A DNA stretch of 63,856 nt, filler included, from Octopus bimaculoides (GCF_001194135.2; 8 parts of 8 records of this genome joined end to end with filler, not necessarily neighbours in it); one strand, 5' to 3'; positions 39,676 to 52,835 are shown, counted from the first letter of the whole stretch. Numbers and translations are program-made. Notes: generated by a model from the sequence alone, not told the origin.

Positions 39676-40871
39676 TCGTGTATGCATAGGTACAAATAAA
39701 GAGAACATGACAAATGACAGGAACTCACCAAAGATAAAAGAAGAGAGAGAGAGAGAGAGAGAGGGGGGCTGGAGGAGAGAGGTATTTAAGCGATTGTGCG
39801 TACAAGTCGGACATATTGAAAACTGAGATAAAAAGCCATAGTCGAGGTAGGTGGAGCAATGGGTGTGTTCGGTTTGATGGGACGGATGTAGAGAGACAAA
39901 GTGCCCCCCTGGGGTGATACACTTATAAAGGGAGACAATAAAGATATTGTAGAAGAGGTTGGGCTGGTAATGTGTGGGTTAGGTGGTAGAGATTCTCCGT
40001 AATAGTTGAAGCGATTCTGGTGGTGGTGGTGGTGGCAGTGGGGTGGTCGTGGTGGTGGTGAATGTGGAGATGGTGGTTGGGGTGGTGGAGGCGGTGGTGA
40101 CGACGGTGGCAGCTGCAGTAGTGTTGCTAGTAGTAATGAAAGTAGTTGTGGTGGTAGTGGTAGTGGTGGTGGTAGTGGTGGTGGTAGTGGTGGTGGTGGT
40201 AGTAGTGATGGTGGTAGTGGTAGTGGTGGTGGCAGTGGTGGTGATAGTGGTGGTGTTCGTAGTGGTAGTGGTGGTGTTAGTGGTACTGGTGGTAGTGGCG
40301 GTGATAGTGGTGGTGGTAGTGGTAGTGGTGGTAGTGATAGTGGTAGTGGTAGTGGTGGTGGTAATGGTGGTAATGGTGGTAGTGGTGGTAGTGGTGGTGG
40401 TTTTAGCTGATATTGTTTAGGTTCTAGTGGTGATGGTCATGAAAATAATTGATTTTCCAGTTGTGGTAATGGTGGTGGTGGGGGGGTTGTTTAAGGGTGA
40501 TGGTTTAACATGACAGTAGAGGTGGTGATGACGAGGAGGAGGGGAGAAGGTTGTAGGCGATGATGACGATGGTGACGATGATGGCGACGGAGGTGGCCAC
40601 CATAATATGCAGCCTGAATATAACATACACAAGTTACAGCTGACCTTCCAGTTAGTAGACCTACAATGGTTTGGCAAAATCGTCGGGTCATCAACGTTTA
40701 GCGGTATTTCTTGAGACCTTTTAAGTTCTGGGTTATCAGTCAAAGACAACTTTGCCTTCTTCAACTTTGCTAGTTATACTGGTGGCGTCGATTTCCCTAC
40801 TCTCACTAAAATTGCTGGACTTGATCCAAAATTATAAAGAATTATTATTATTATTATCATTATTATTATTA

Positions 40872-41240
40872 TTATTTTATGTTTGACTTTTGTTTTGCAT
40901 TTGTACAAGTTGGATCCAATTCTCACCCAGAGACCTCAAGAGACAACAAGTTAGAAGTTCATGTAGGTGTTATGCCTAGGGTACCATATATTTGGATTTG
41001 TACAGTTTTGTTCAAGTGAATGTTTAAGAAACCATAAGAAAATTATGTGTTTGCTTTAAAATTTGAGATCACATAGACAGTATTTTACGTAGGGTATGGG
41101 CAGTTCCCATGAGCACTATCTTTTGAACTTCAGCCATTTTGGGGTTTCCTGGTATCTGAGCTAGGTAGTAATCAGCCCGTTTCGCTGTCATTCCCAGGGC
41201 ACCTATGACAATAGGTATTGTTTTCGTCTTCAGATTCCAC
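40872..41240 (-). mobile_element. R4/Dong-like RLE LINE 3' end within (AAT)n
   Basis: PIVIGALGMTAKRADYYLAQIPGNPKMAEVQKIVLMGTAHTLRKILSM* plus 3' UTR; TAA repeats on both sides. Confidence 0.9.
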
Positions 41241-41315
<75 letters not shown>

Positions 41316-41331
41316 CATTGTTGTTGTTGTT

Positions 41332-42130
41332 GTTGCTTTTAATCTGCATGTTTATTACAATAACTTGCCGAGACGCACCCATCGTCCCGGAGAGAGTGAA
41401 GGATAAGAGATGTTACAGTTTGACTAAAAGCTTGGAGAGGGAAAGTGGCTGGAACAGCAGCGAAACATCTTCATGTAATACAACACAGACATTTACATTG
41501 ATAGGGTTTTTCTAAATATGAGGGCAGTACTTGGCAGCAGAATTCTTTGGATTTCTCTGAGACATGGTTCTCCTGGGATATTATCTAAATATTTCTGACA
41601 TCCTTTTTCTATCATACCAAGAGCACCTACAATGACAGGAACGGTTCTCGCTTTAAGATTCCACATCTTTTATATTTCAATGTCCAGCTCCTTTTATTTA
41701 CTTAATTTGTCAAATTCCTTTGCAGATATATTTTTATCAGAGGGAACACTTACATCTATTAGTCTACATGTGTTTTCTAGCCGGTCTTTAATAATTGTGT
41801 CTGGTAGATTAGCCTGGATTGTTCTGTCGGTGTTGACAGGAAAATCACAGAGGATAGTGACATTTTAACCTTCAACGACTGGCTCAAGATGATGTTCATA
41901 CCAGTAAGCAAGAATGCTGATTTTGTAGTGTTTACATATTTTCCAATGTAAATACTGTCCTACCCTATCGTGGCGAATTTTCTATTCGTTTGGTGTCAGC
42001 ACAGGACATTCCGAGACGAGGTGGTCTATTGTTTCATCAAATGTGTTGCAGAATTTAGTCAGATCCAGTTTGAAGAACGTAATTATTTTGTAGTTTTTGG
42101 TAAGCAGTCTTTGTAAGCATGCAAAGTAGA
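41332..42130 (-). mobile_element. R4/Dong-like LINE fragment with RLE domain
   Basis: RHDRVGQYLHWKICKHY..WYEHH..DFPVNTDRTIQANLPDTIIKD..LIDVSVPSD..KEFDKL..VPVIVGALG. Confidence 0.92.
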
Positions 42131-42175
<45 letters not shown>

Positions 42176-42179
<4 letters not shown>

Positions 42180-42342
42180 TAGTTTTATTTTTATAACGTG
42201 CTTTCACTTCACTACCGAGCGCAGCTCTGTGCGCCTTGGGTATGTGCTGTGGTTTGCTGTGGTGCTCTTATGTTTACTGTATTGAAAGTGTTTTGCGTAG
42301 GATGTGTGCAGTACCCAGTAGTGCAATTTTCTGTATGTTATA

Positions 42343-42346
<4 letters not shown>
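42176..42346 (-). mobile_element. Short 3' fragment of a Dong-like LINE within (AAT)n
   Basis: IQKIALLGTAHILRKTLSIQ* plus short UTR between two (ATT)n tracts. Confidence 0.85.
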
Positions 42347-42402
<56 letters not shown>

Positions 42403-43299
42403 AGACGGAGAGTTGGCAGAATAGTAAAACGCCGGGCAAAATTCTTAGCTTCATTTGGTCTGTCCTTGTATTACAAGAACAAATTTCGCCGAGGTCGATT
42501 CTACCTTTCATCCTTTCGGGGTCGATAAAATAAGTGCCAGTTAAGCTCTGGGGTGGATAAAGTCGACTTACCTCCCCCTCTCCGAAAATTCATGCCTTGT
42601 GCCTATAACAGATTATTATTTGTTGTTTTTGTTGTTGTCCTCAACATCATCACCAACAGCAAAATCATCATCCTCATCATCATCATCATCATCATCATCA
42701 TTATCATCATTATTATCATCAGGTCTCACTTCTCTTTCCTTTTCTTCACACGACTTATTCCCTTTCTTTCCCTTACGTCTGTTCTTTCTGGCTCTTTTCT
42801 TCACCTGCTTCTTTCCACGACAATCCCTGCTCTTTGATACGGCTATTTTTTTTCTCTTTTGGCTTTCACCACCACTCATCCCTTCATCTTTTCTATTCTT
42901 TCCGTTTCATCACTTTCCCACAATCATATTCGAAATTATTTCTTTATATCTCGGGTCTTTACCGCCATTACTTACACACCTATTCATCTACGCAATCGTT
43001 CTTTTCTTTCCTTCTTTCTTTTCCTTCTTTCCTCTTTATTCCGTTCTTCTCCCTCTTCCTCCATTTTTTAAAAATTCCTACTCATTCATTTTATTCTATC
43101 ATGTTTTATTAATTTTCAAATTAATGCCATACTTCCAAATTTCTTGAGTGTATATATGTATATGCATATAAGCCAGCGTACGCATATATATATATATATN
43201 NNNNNNNNNNNNNNNNNNNNNNNNNNNNNNNNNNNNNNNNNNNTTAATTAATTAANNNNNNNNNNNNNNNNNNNNNNNNNNNNNNNNNNNNNNNNNNNN

Positions 43300-43329
<30 letters not shown>

Positions 43330-43338
<9 letters not shown>

Positions 43339-44978
43339 CAGCAGCATCTTTTAATTCTGCTTCCATTTCTTGTTGAGTGTCTTCCTGACACTTAGGGCAG
43401 AGAAACGCACTATATACATTAGAAAACCAGATTGTTCATTTATAAAATCATGTGATATAGTAAAAGGGGAAGAAAGATAGAGAGAAAAAATAAAAAAAGT
43501 AGACAAAGAAAATAAAGGGATAAAGGGAAAGAAAATTCACAGTGACAATGCATTTCTGTGACGTACCATTTATGTCAATCTCTTGCAGTTCCTGCACGGA
43601 TGGTAAGTCAGGGATCATTCGAAAATAATTTAAGTTCCTTTTTTGATCATTCCAAGTGCTCTTACAGTCACTGCTATTGCAGCCGTCTTGAGATGCCACA
43701 TCTTTTCGCTTTCGGTTAGCAAATCTTTATATTTTCTGAGATTATCAAATTCTTTTGCTGAGATATTATGGTCACAGGATTTTCTCATGTCAATCAATAA
43801 GCAGATTTTATTGTTTTGGACTTTCACAACAATACCTGCTTTACGTCATATGTAAACAAATATGAGTTTGTTCTGAAGCGTTGAAATCTATCTTTCTACT
43901 TATTCTATAATACATTTCAACGCTGCTTCGAAAACAAACGTATGCTTATTTAGATATGACGTAATCTATATGACATCTAGCGTTTCTAGATGACGTTTTA
44001 CTTCTAAAATTGCAGAAAAATTGTCGGTCGGTGGTTTAGCTTAAAGATAGTGCACTTTGACCGGATATTAGAGGGGTGTGAGTTCGATTCTCATGGCTGA
44101 TTGATGACAAACATTTCTGCTTTAAAAGGATTTTATCCTTTATATATGCTGTTCTATGAGTATTTACGCGTTGAAAAATATATCAGTCTACTTGTTCTAT
44201 AATATCTAGTTTATTTGCGTTGATGGTCCGGTCTGTACGTACTGGAAAGTTTCAAAGAATCGTTACATTTCTTCTCCCAGTAACAACCTCGGGGTGGTGC
44301 TTGACCAATTTGTCAGCAGTTTTGATTTTATAATGCCGACACATTATCCAATGTAGATATTGGCCAACTTTGTTATGTCTTGATTTGAACTCTACAAGTG
44401 CTAAGACCTTACATCCAGAGATTAGGTGGTCAGTGTTCCAATCCCATCGTTGCAGTATCGGTACTTTGGGTCTACACCATTTTTCATCACATTGGTTTGA
44501 TAGTTCGGGTCAATAAGCTCTGATCTTTTGCAACCAAGATAAAACCTTCCCTCTCTGCCTTTAGATCTGGGTTCCGTAGCCACTGATGGGTGTGCTTCTA
44601 GTCTACATCAGCTTGCTTGCTACAGGCCACATATTTTCCATGCAGAGGATTTTGTACCCACCTATCAGCTAATTGTTCAAACGCATTTTGCTTTGCTACT
44701 GATTTCACCTTCTTTGCAAATAGTTACCGCACTTCCATGATGCAGTTCGACCTGGGTATTATGCATAAACTCACTAGCAATTTTTTTTTTCTCCTTCATA
44801 ACAGAATAAATCTACTTTGGTCTATCGTGGTTTTCAACGAGATTTGGCATCCAGTTGTTAGATGTTTCAGGATATTTTTCCAGTCCAAATATGGTGGTTT
44901 TGTAAGAGATTTCAAATTGGATTAAGCTTCGACTTCCTTCAGCTCTGGATAGGTAAAGACGATCTGCGTCTGCCTTTC
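43330..44978 (-). mobile_element. Dong-like LINE (zinc-knuckle/RLE region) split by a ~340-bp insertion at ~43860-44200
   Basis: 44200-44978 HQWL..EGFI..QDQSLLTR..RHNKVGQYLHW..FPVRTDRT; 43550-43850 GIVVK..ICLLIDM..KEFD.L.KYKDL..ALGMIKKG. Confidence 0.85.
44027..44099 (+). mobile_element. tRNA-derived head (pseudo-tRNA/SINE)
   Basis: A-box-like TGGTTTAGCT; T-arm GTGAG-TTCGATT-CTCAT; no valid anticodon arm. Confidence 0.5.
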
Positions 44979-45078
44979 NNNNNNNNNNNNNNNNNNNNNN
45001 NNNNNNNNNNNNNNNNNNNNNNTTAATTAATTAANNNNNNNNNNNNNNNNNNNNNNNNNNNNNNNNNNNNNNNNNNNN

Positions 45079-45131
<53 letters not shown>

Positions 45132-45671
45132 GTATTTATGTGTGTATGGTGCTTGTGTATACCTGTGTGTGTGTATGAAAATTTATGTATATACCAGTGT
45201 GTATGCTTGTGTGTTTGTATGTATGTCGTGTTAAAATACAAACGGTGCTAGAATTAAACGTACTAAATATAGCATGTATACTTTGATATACACAGAAAGC
45301 TTACTTATATACGCAACACACAGACATACGCGCACACACACGCACGCACTTTTGTACACACTCACACAGACACACATATATAAAGAAGAAGAGGAAAAGG
45401 GAGAGTCAGAATTTGAAAGAGAAATTACAACCAGTTTGGAGATAACTTGGTTATATTTGAGGTCCAACAGGTCACAAGGGCACATATAATGTGGTTACGG
45501 GATGTCGATTAAATGAAGCCTAGTATTTGACAATTGCTATTTTTTTTTTATCGGCCCAGGAAGTAAGAATTTTAAATTCTGATTCGATAGGATTTGATTT
45601 GAACGTAAGGAGAACGAATTAAACAGTGAAATCCATTTTGCCCGACGCTCCTCCAATTCTGGGGCTCTCAG

Positions 45672-46020
45672 TTCCATGCGCGGCACTTTGGGCACTGTGT
45701 CCAAAGCCTTGTGAGTGAATTTTGTAGTAGACAGAAACTGAAAGAAGCCCATCGTATGTATGTATGTATGTATGTATGTATGTATGTATGTATGCATGTA
45801 TGTATGTATGTATGTATGTTTGTGTGTGTCATTGTATTTGTCCCCTACCGCTGCTTGAAAATCGGTGGTTGTTTATTTACGTAGCGGTTCGTCAAAAGAG
45901 ATCGATAGAATAAGAACAATAACAAAATAAATAAATAAATAATACTGGGGTCGATTTGTCCGACTAAGCTCTTTAAGCTGGTGCTCCAGCATGGTCACTA
46001 GCAAATGAAAGAAACAAATG
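45672..46020 (+). mobile_element. Diverged SINE family A
   Basis: CCAAAGCCTTGTGAGTG..GAAACTGAAAGAAGCCC..GGTGCTCCAGCATGG. Confidence 0.8.
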
Positions 46021-46108
46021 ATAAAAGCTAAAACACATAGATTATATTGTTTGACATATAAAGTTATTGAATATCCTAGAAAGCTGTTCTATATTTCAGA
46101 GTTGAGGA

Positions 46109-46322
46109 ATTCTGGACATTATTTACATTGGACCGATATGTGTCCTCATCTTGTTTGTTGCCACATTTTTTTGGCTGATTTACTCTCCACCCTTCACCGG
46201 GTGTCCTGGTAAAATTCTACCAGGACACCTGATGAAGGCTGGACAGTAAATCAGCCTAAACGTTGTGGTAACAACAAACAAGATGAGGACTCATCCGTCC
46301 AATGTAAATAATAATCCAGAAA
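46109..46322. mobile_element. 214-bp fold-back made of two inverted copies of a hammerhead-containing terminal segment
   Basis: Arms are symmetric about AAAATTCT (46211-46218); the right arm carries the ribozyme motif. Confidence 0.85.
46224..46269 (+). ncRNA. Minimal hammerhead, stem III reduced to palindrome AACGTT; G12 mutated to T
   Basis: GACAC-CTGATGA-A-GGCTG gacagtaaat CAGCC-TAAA-CG-TT-GTGGT. Confidence 0.7.
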
Positions 46323-47219
46323 GCTAATATAATAATTATTTCTAATTTAAGCATTAGGGCTACATAGATTTTTAGAAAGGGAGGCTTCGTCAGATATAAG
46401 AATTCAGTTGTTTAGTAGTACTTTATTTTATCACTACTGGACTTGTACTTTATTTTATCGATCTAGAAGTGATTTGGTATTTGCGAGATTTAAATTCGAA
46501 CGGATTCATAAAATATTTTATTCTAATTTAGGCTCAAACCCAGCAACATTATTTTATAGTCTTTGCAGGGATGAAAGACAAAGTTGATCTAGCAAAATTT
46601 GAATTCAGTTTGTAGAACTGGATAAATACGCAACATATTTCCGAAACTCTGACGTGGAAAAAACAAACAAAAATAAACTTTTGTTTATGACTCATATATA
46701 ATACAAATTATTTAAAAATATTTTTAATTAGCTTTCTATTCCTAATTGCTTCTAATATTTTGAAACTAGCTTAACTATTGTTTTTCATGTAGATGGCATC
46801 ATTGAGTTGTTTATTCCGCAAAGTCGTGAATATTGAACCCTGGGTCTTACCTCTGTGGCCATCCAAGGTGCCGAGAAACATCTGAAAGAATTTCGAATAG
46901 TAAGGATACTGAATTGTTAGCGAACTGTTTTTTTGTTTTTTTTTCTGGTCAACATTTTGCTTTGAAAATGTCCATCTGAAATACAAATTAGGAAATTCGA
47001 AATACTTCAGCAGATACCACGTCCTTGTTCTAGCAACATAGAAACGCCAGCTGGTCTATTAAGTATAACAGTACAGTTTTTATGAAGGCATCGTGGTAGA
47101 AGACACTCAATACTTGTAATAATTTATTGCTCATTTGCAGTTGAGTGGTTTCACTTGTCTGACAATTTTCAAGTCACTCTGTTTTTATTTAATTAAATCG
47201 CTTAATGGCAACCCTGATT

Positions 47220-47575
47220 GTTAAAATTGCCGGCAGTATTCGCAAGAGTTTTCAAATTTGGATTTATACCATCACTTGCCAAAAAAAAAAAAAAAAANNN
47301 NNNNNNNAAAAACGTGTCTTTTTGCCTGTTATTTGGAAAAAACTACCATAATACGGCCATGGAGCCTGCGAAAATGAAGGACTGTCTCAAATGGTTCACT
47401 GCGATTAGAAGAATAATCTTAGCTTCTTTAAGAGCACTGAAAGAAAAGATAATTAAACCGCTAAATTTAATGACATTTTGTTTATATTTTACAAATTTAC
47501 TTGATGTGGATCGATAAGTAACCAACGATTCCATGGAGTGGGGTCAATGATGTATGAGGCTTGGCAATCCCTGAT
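47220..47575 (+). mobile_element. hAT (Buster-like) N-terminal BED-finger fragment
   Basis: CRQYSQEF.KFGFIPS..CLLFGK....AMEPAKMKDCLK..ALKEK; GGCAATCCCTG terminus-like sequence at ~47564. Confidence 0.6.
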
Positions 47576-47599
47576 TTAGACAAATCTATCAGTGAATTG

Positions 47600-47830
47600 A
47601 ATACATAGAAGCATCTTTGATAAGGCGTAATGAAGTTGTAGGAACATAATCTACGATGGGTGAACATGCCTGGCCCCTATACGTGTAGGCCAAGGCAAGG
47701 AATATTTATAAAAATGACTCGGTTACGCGCGAAAATTCTCTATTCAACGATTCCAGAAGTTGGAGAGATACATATGGCGTTCCGATACTACCAAGGTGTC
47801 TGCCTATCACCTTTGTATAGCTGTGTAACT
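47600..47830 (+). mobile_element. Degenerate non-LTR RT fragment
   Basis: YYQGVCLSPLY resembles the xxQGDxLSPLLF motif. Confidence 0.45.
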
Positions 47831-49709
47831 CTTATTTTGTTCTGCGTACATAATATTTAATTATGTCCTTACGTTTTTACTCCATGCACCGTTTATTATT
47901 GTTATTCTTATATATATATATATATNNNNNNNNNNNNNNNNTATGCATGTATGTATGTAAGTATACATATAATAGACGCACACACATATCTATATACACG
48001 CACATCCTTATACGTTTTCTAACTTCTCTTATATTACCCATTCTATAGTGTACGCATATAGCCAATAAAGAAATTATTATTTCTTTTTTATTATTTCTGA
48101 TATCATATTCCTATTCTTCACTTTGTTTTGTTGTATAATTGTTCATTGAAATCCCCAGCAATGTTATTTTGGTGTCGTCGTCACAAATTAACTTTTATTG
48201 TTGGAGAAAGTTTGGTACATACTGTGTCAGCTGATACACCAAACACTATACAACCTTCTTTATATTATAACTGGTACTACTACTGCTAGTAGCAGTAGTT
48301 TTTCTTCTTTCTCCTTTTCTTTATTTTCCATCGCCAATACGCATACCTCGCCGATACCACGTCCAGCGTCAGCACTCCTATGACCGTAATATTTCTTTCT
48401 AATTTTGGCATAAGGCCTGAATATCGTGGGAGCTAGTGAATTATATCGACCCATTGCTCAACTGGTACTTATTTCAACTCGGAATGTAAAGGTGGACGAA
48501 ATCTTGCAAAGCATTTTTTCATAGTTCGCTACTTTCCCATGACCATAATAATTTACGTAAAATATATGAGAAACATGAGGGTTAATTTGAGCAGTTTATA
48601 TTATTTTCTTAGACATAGGGAAATATATCCCTTTTCTTTGTTTACCGACTTCAAAATGATAAAAGAACAAATTCTTTTCAGCGACATTTGAACTCAAACA
48701 GTAGCGATTATAAGCAAAGCGGGTTATTCAATGTCGCTGAGGACTCAGTCAAACGACCACTCGTGTTTGGACTCTGATTTTAGCTAAAGGGATATACAAA
48801 TATTTTTCTAAAACCTAGACGTAACTAAAAAATAAATACATCCAGTAACATTTCTAAATCCAGTTTTTCTAAGCTCTTTAAAAGAACTCGGATGTTCTCA
48901 AAGCCATGAAATTTTCAGGCCCCTCGTACATAAATCCTATATGATAAAAATCCCAACTATATATCCGCCTGATGGATGATTTATTGTATTTCCTAACTAC
49001 AATTATCTAGAGGAGATGAGAACGAAATTCACTATCGAATAGACCAACTGAAATTGGCTAATGGAGGCAGAAAATCAGCAATTGATATAGAAAGAGTATG
49101 GGAGGTTTGCACGTGTCCATGTGGCATGAATGTCAACTTCAAATACGTGTACATGACTCACGTGCCAAGGCGCACAGAATCTAACCCTGGCGAGATGTAA
49201 GAATAGCCAGGCTCTAAGTCAACTCACAGTTCCCATAATGACCACAAACCGCTGCAGTGTAAAAGAACATTAGCTAGAAGGAAGCCATAAATTAACATGG
49301 GAGATGGAGTTGCGCAAGTTTGATCAAGTCTTTGACTACTTCTTAGAACCAACATCCAAGAGAGGTGTCGATCGTCGACTTTAGACAATGGCCATTAATA
49401 TCATCAGTCTATTGGCGGAGACGTTCGGATGGACGAGAAGAAAACATTGAAGGTACATTGTGAGTAAGTGATCTAGCAGGAGTTTGAGAGCTGAACGTGA
49501 GGGGTCACGGAGACAAAGTCGGGGAAGAAGGGACTGCTAGTGAATATGTGGAATAACCTTATCCTGCAAAAGAAATACATGACAGTGATAGTCCATGCAC
49601 ACACACGTAGAAGAATGTATACATACATACACATACGCACACATGCACACACGCACACACACACATGCACATACGCTCACACACAAACACACACACATAC
49701 ATACATACA

Positions 49710-49761
<52 letters not shown>

Positions 49762-50295
49762 GTTATATGGATATACATGGATAAACACATACAAGTATAT
49801 TTTTTTGATTTCCCTCCAATAAAAATTCCGGAATTATGCCACTTTCATGGTCTGCGAATTCCGTTATACATTACCACAGAAGTCAAAATGAAAAATAATC
49901 ATAAATAAGTAAATAAGTAAATAAAATAATAATAATAACAACAACAACAATAACAATAATAAAATTATTATTAACAACAAAAACAACAACAGCCACAACA
50001 ACAACAACAACAATAATAATAATAACTTGAAATAAGGAAGTTACACAAAATGTGTTTAGCTACCTTTTGACCTACAATGTTTCTGCACACATGCATATAT
50101 ATGTATGAATGTGTTTTTATATACATGTATACATGTATGTATGTATATACACATACGGACATTGTAGCAAATGAAATACGTGCTAAGAGTACACGTACTT
50201 TCAAAATATATGCATATCCATATATAAGTACATGTTTAGACCTATGAAAGCATGGATAATTGTATACATTGGTATGAGTATGTGAGAAAGAACTG

Positions 50296-50369
<74 letters not shown>

Positions 50370-50379
50370 NNNNNNNNNN

Positions 50380-50423
<44 letters not shown>

Positions 50424-51247
50424 AAGAGAGAGAGAGAGAGGAGAGAGAGGAGAGAGAGGAGAGAGAGAAAGAGTTAGAAAAATAGATTGATAGATAAATA
50501 AACATATATATACACACACAAACACACAAATACATATACACACTCACATATATACAACACGCACACACACACACATATGTGTGTATATATATATAAATAT
50601 ATGTATATATATATATATATGTGTGTGTGTGTGCGTGTGTGTGTGTAATATGTATGGTATGTATATATGTATGGTATGTATGTATGATATATATGTATGT
50701 ATGTGTGTATATATGTGTGTATGTATTATGCACACGCACACACATATATATTGTCTAAATGTAGCCGACATTAGTACCTACCCATGCCCGCCACTCCATT
50801 TCTACATCATGTGTCAAAAGGTAGGAAAGGGGTCCAACCCCATAACCGCTCCCCCTCAACAACAACAACAAAAAAAAATCGCTGACACTGATTAGTGGAA
50901 CAGTTCGTCAACAGAGTGTTAATTATGGGGGGGGGGGTTTGTAAAGGTCATTTGTTTCAGAAATGTGACTTCATTCCATAGTGGTGGTCGTGCTATGGTG
51001 GTGCTGATAGTGTTCGTACTGGTACTTGCGGTGGTCTACGTGCGCGTGTTGGTGGTGATCGTAAGGACGATGGTGATGCTGGTGATGTCACGATGGCGTT
51101 CGGGACGGAGGTGGCTTTCATAGAGGTGATGGGCTCGGTGGTGGTTGCGCTGACTGTCGCATTGATGGTGGCGGTAGCAACTGTGCGGCGCCGATGCTTT
51201 CAATGGCTGTCATGGTAGTAGTAGTAGTAATAGTGGTGGTAGTAGTG

Positions 51248-51303
<56 letters not shown>

Positions 51304-51490
51304 TATGGTGGCGATAGCTGTATTGATTATGGTAGTAGTGATAGTGACGGTTGTATGGAGGTACGGTTCAGGTGGTGGTGATGGTGGTTTTGATGGTGAT
51401 GATGGTAGTGGTGGTAGTAACTGTGATACTGTTGCTTTTAGTGATTGTGGTGGTGCTGGTGGTGGTGGTGGTGATGTTGGTAATAATGGC

Positions 51491-51533
<43 letters not shown>

Positions 51534-52171
51534 NNNNNNNNNNNNNNNNNNNNNNNNNNNNNNNNNNNNNNNNNNNNNNNNNNNNNNNNNNNNNNNNNNN
51601 NNNNNNNNNNNNNNNNNNNNNNNNNNNNNNNNNNNNNNNNNNNNNNNNNNNNNNNNNNNNNNNNNNNNNNNNNNNNNNNNNNNNNNNNNNNNNNNNNNNN
51701 NNNNNNNNNNNNNNNNNNNNNNNNNNNNNNNNNNNNNNNNNNNNNNNNNNGGTAGTGTTTGTGTTGGTGTTCGTGGTGGTGGTGGTGGTGGCGGTAATAT
51801 GGACCTGGAGCTGAAGGGAGAAGTGAAAGATCGCCGTGGTAGTTGCATTGGTTGGGGGTGATGGTATTAGTAAAGTTTTGAGGGTAGTTTACAGGAATGG
51901 CAGTCGCAACGGTGGTGTTGCTGTTAGCGGTCGGTGTCGTTGCTATGGTAATGATGACAGTGTTGCTGGTAGCGGTGGTGGCAGAGCTGATGTCGTCGGC
52001 GGTTGTATCGGTGGCTTTGATAGTGTGCTGGTGGAGAGGATCTTAATCATATAGTAGTATCTGTGTGATGTGAAGGTGGTAGTGGAGTTACGAAGCAGGA
52101 GGTATGGAGGTGTTTGGTGGAACTATAGTACATTTGTTTTGTTCGGGATTTTGGTAATAAAGGGAGGTAAA

Positions 52172-52276
52172 TCATCTTTCTTTTCTTGGTGACTGACGAA
52201 AGAGGTTGTGTAGCGGACTCGTCCGAAAGGCTTGAAAACAAGCACTTCCCTCCCTAGCCAAGCTTTCATCAATTTC
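52172..52276 (-). CDS. Putative terminal coding exon (EIDESLAREGSACFQAFRTSPLHNLFRQSPRKER*), unknown product
   Basis: Acceptor CCCTCACCTTCTTTAAATTTCGTTTAG|GAA; phase-0 frame of 34 codons to TGA; 112-nt GT-AG intron to a CAG|GTAAGT donor at 52388. Confidence 0.35.
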   Translation of the reverse strand, partial: EIDESLAREGSACFQAFRTSPLHNLFRQSPRKER

Positions 52277-52388
52277 CTAAACGAAATTTAAAGAAGGTGA
52301 GGGAACAGAGGGTGGTGCTGTCCTTCTACGGTGTTTAACGATAGTTAAGATGAAAATGGCTAACACAGTGAGTATGGCTGGGACTTAC

Positions 52389-52402
52389 CTGAGTATGGTT
52401 TT
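52389..52402 (-). CDS. Putative 14-nt microexon (alternatively 30 nt from 52418, or 198 nt from 52586)
   Basis: TTTTTGTTCTACTTAG|AAAACCATACTCAG|GTAAGT. Confidence 0.3.
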
Positions 52403-52752
52403 CTAAGTAGAACAAAAACTGGTTGTGGGCAGAATTGATGCAATAGAGATATCAAAGAAATCCTGTCTTCTTGGTGGGTTTCCTCAGGTCTTGTGGAATT
52501 TTATATCTATTTATTGTATATCGGCAGCATTGTTGATTTACTTTGATTGATGCAAATAGTGTTGTAGGATATTGATATATATCATTCTGACAATCTTAGA
52601 CTTTTGGATCGTTGTAATAGACTAGCCGCCTCCCACCAAAATTGCAGGCCTTGTGCCTATAGCAGAAAGATTCATTATTATTGACAAAGTCGTCGTCATT
52701 GCACTTATTCAGTTGTTGATGTGACAAATAAATAAAATTATCATTGTTGTTG

Positions 52753-52833
<81 letters not shown>

Positions 52834-52835
<2 letters not shown>

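Noticed and set aside
40645-40769. Minus-strand exon candidate KLKKAKLSLTDNPELKRSQEIPLNVDDPTILPNHCRSTNWK with AAG|GTCAGC donor
   Set aside because: The acceptor has no pyrimidine tract and falls at the edge of a SINE-tail remnant; no recognisable homology
44027-44099. Functional tRNA gene
   Set aside because: Only the T-arm and A-box are preserved; D and anticodon arms do not fold. The same applies to all SINE heads
48625-48795. Nested short inverted repeats around CTGAGGA
   Set aside because: 10-14-bp arms only and no GAAA; not a hammerhead and too short to call an element
52189-52250. CTGACGA...GAAA with a good stem III hairpin (GCTTG-AAAA-CAAGC)
   Set aside because: Stem II is not closed next to the core and stem I does not pair
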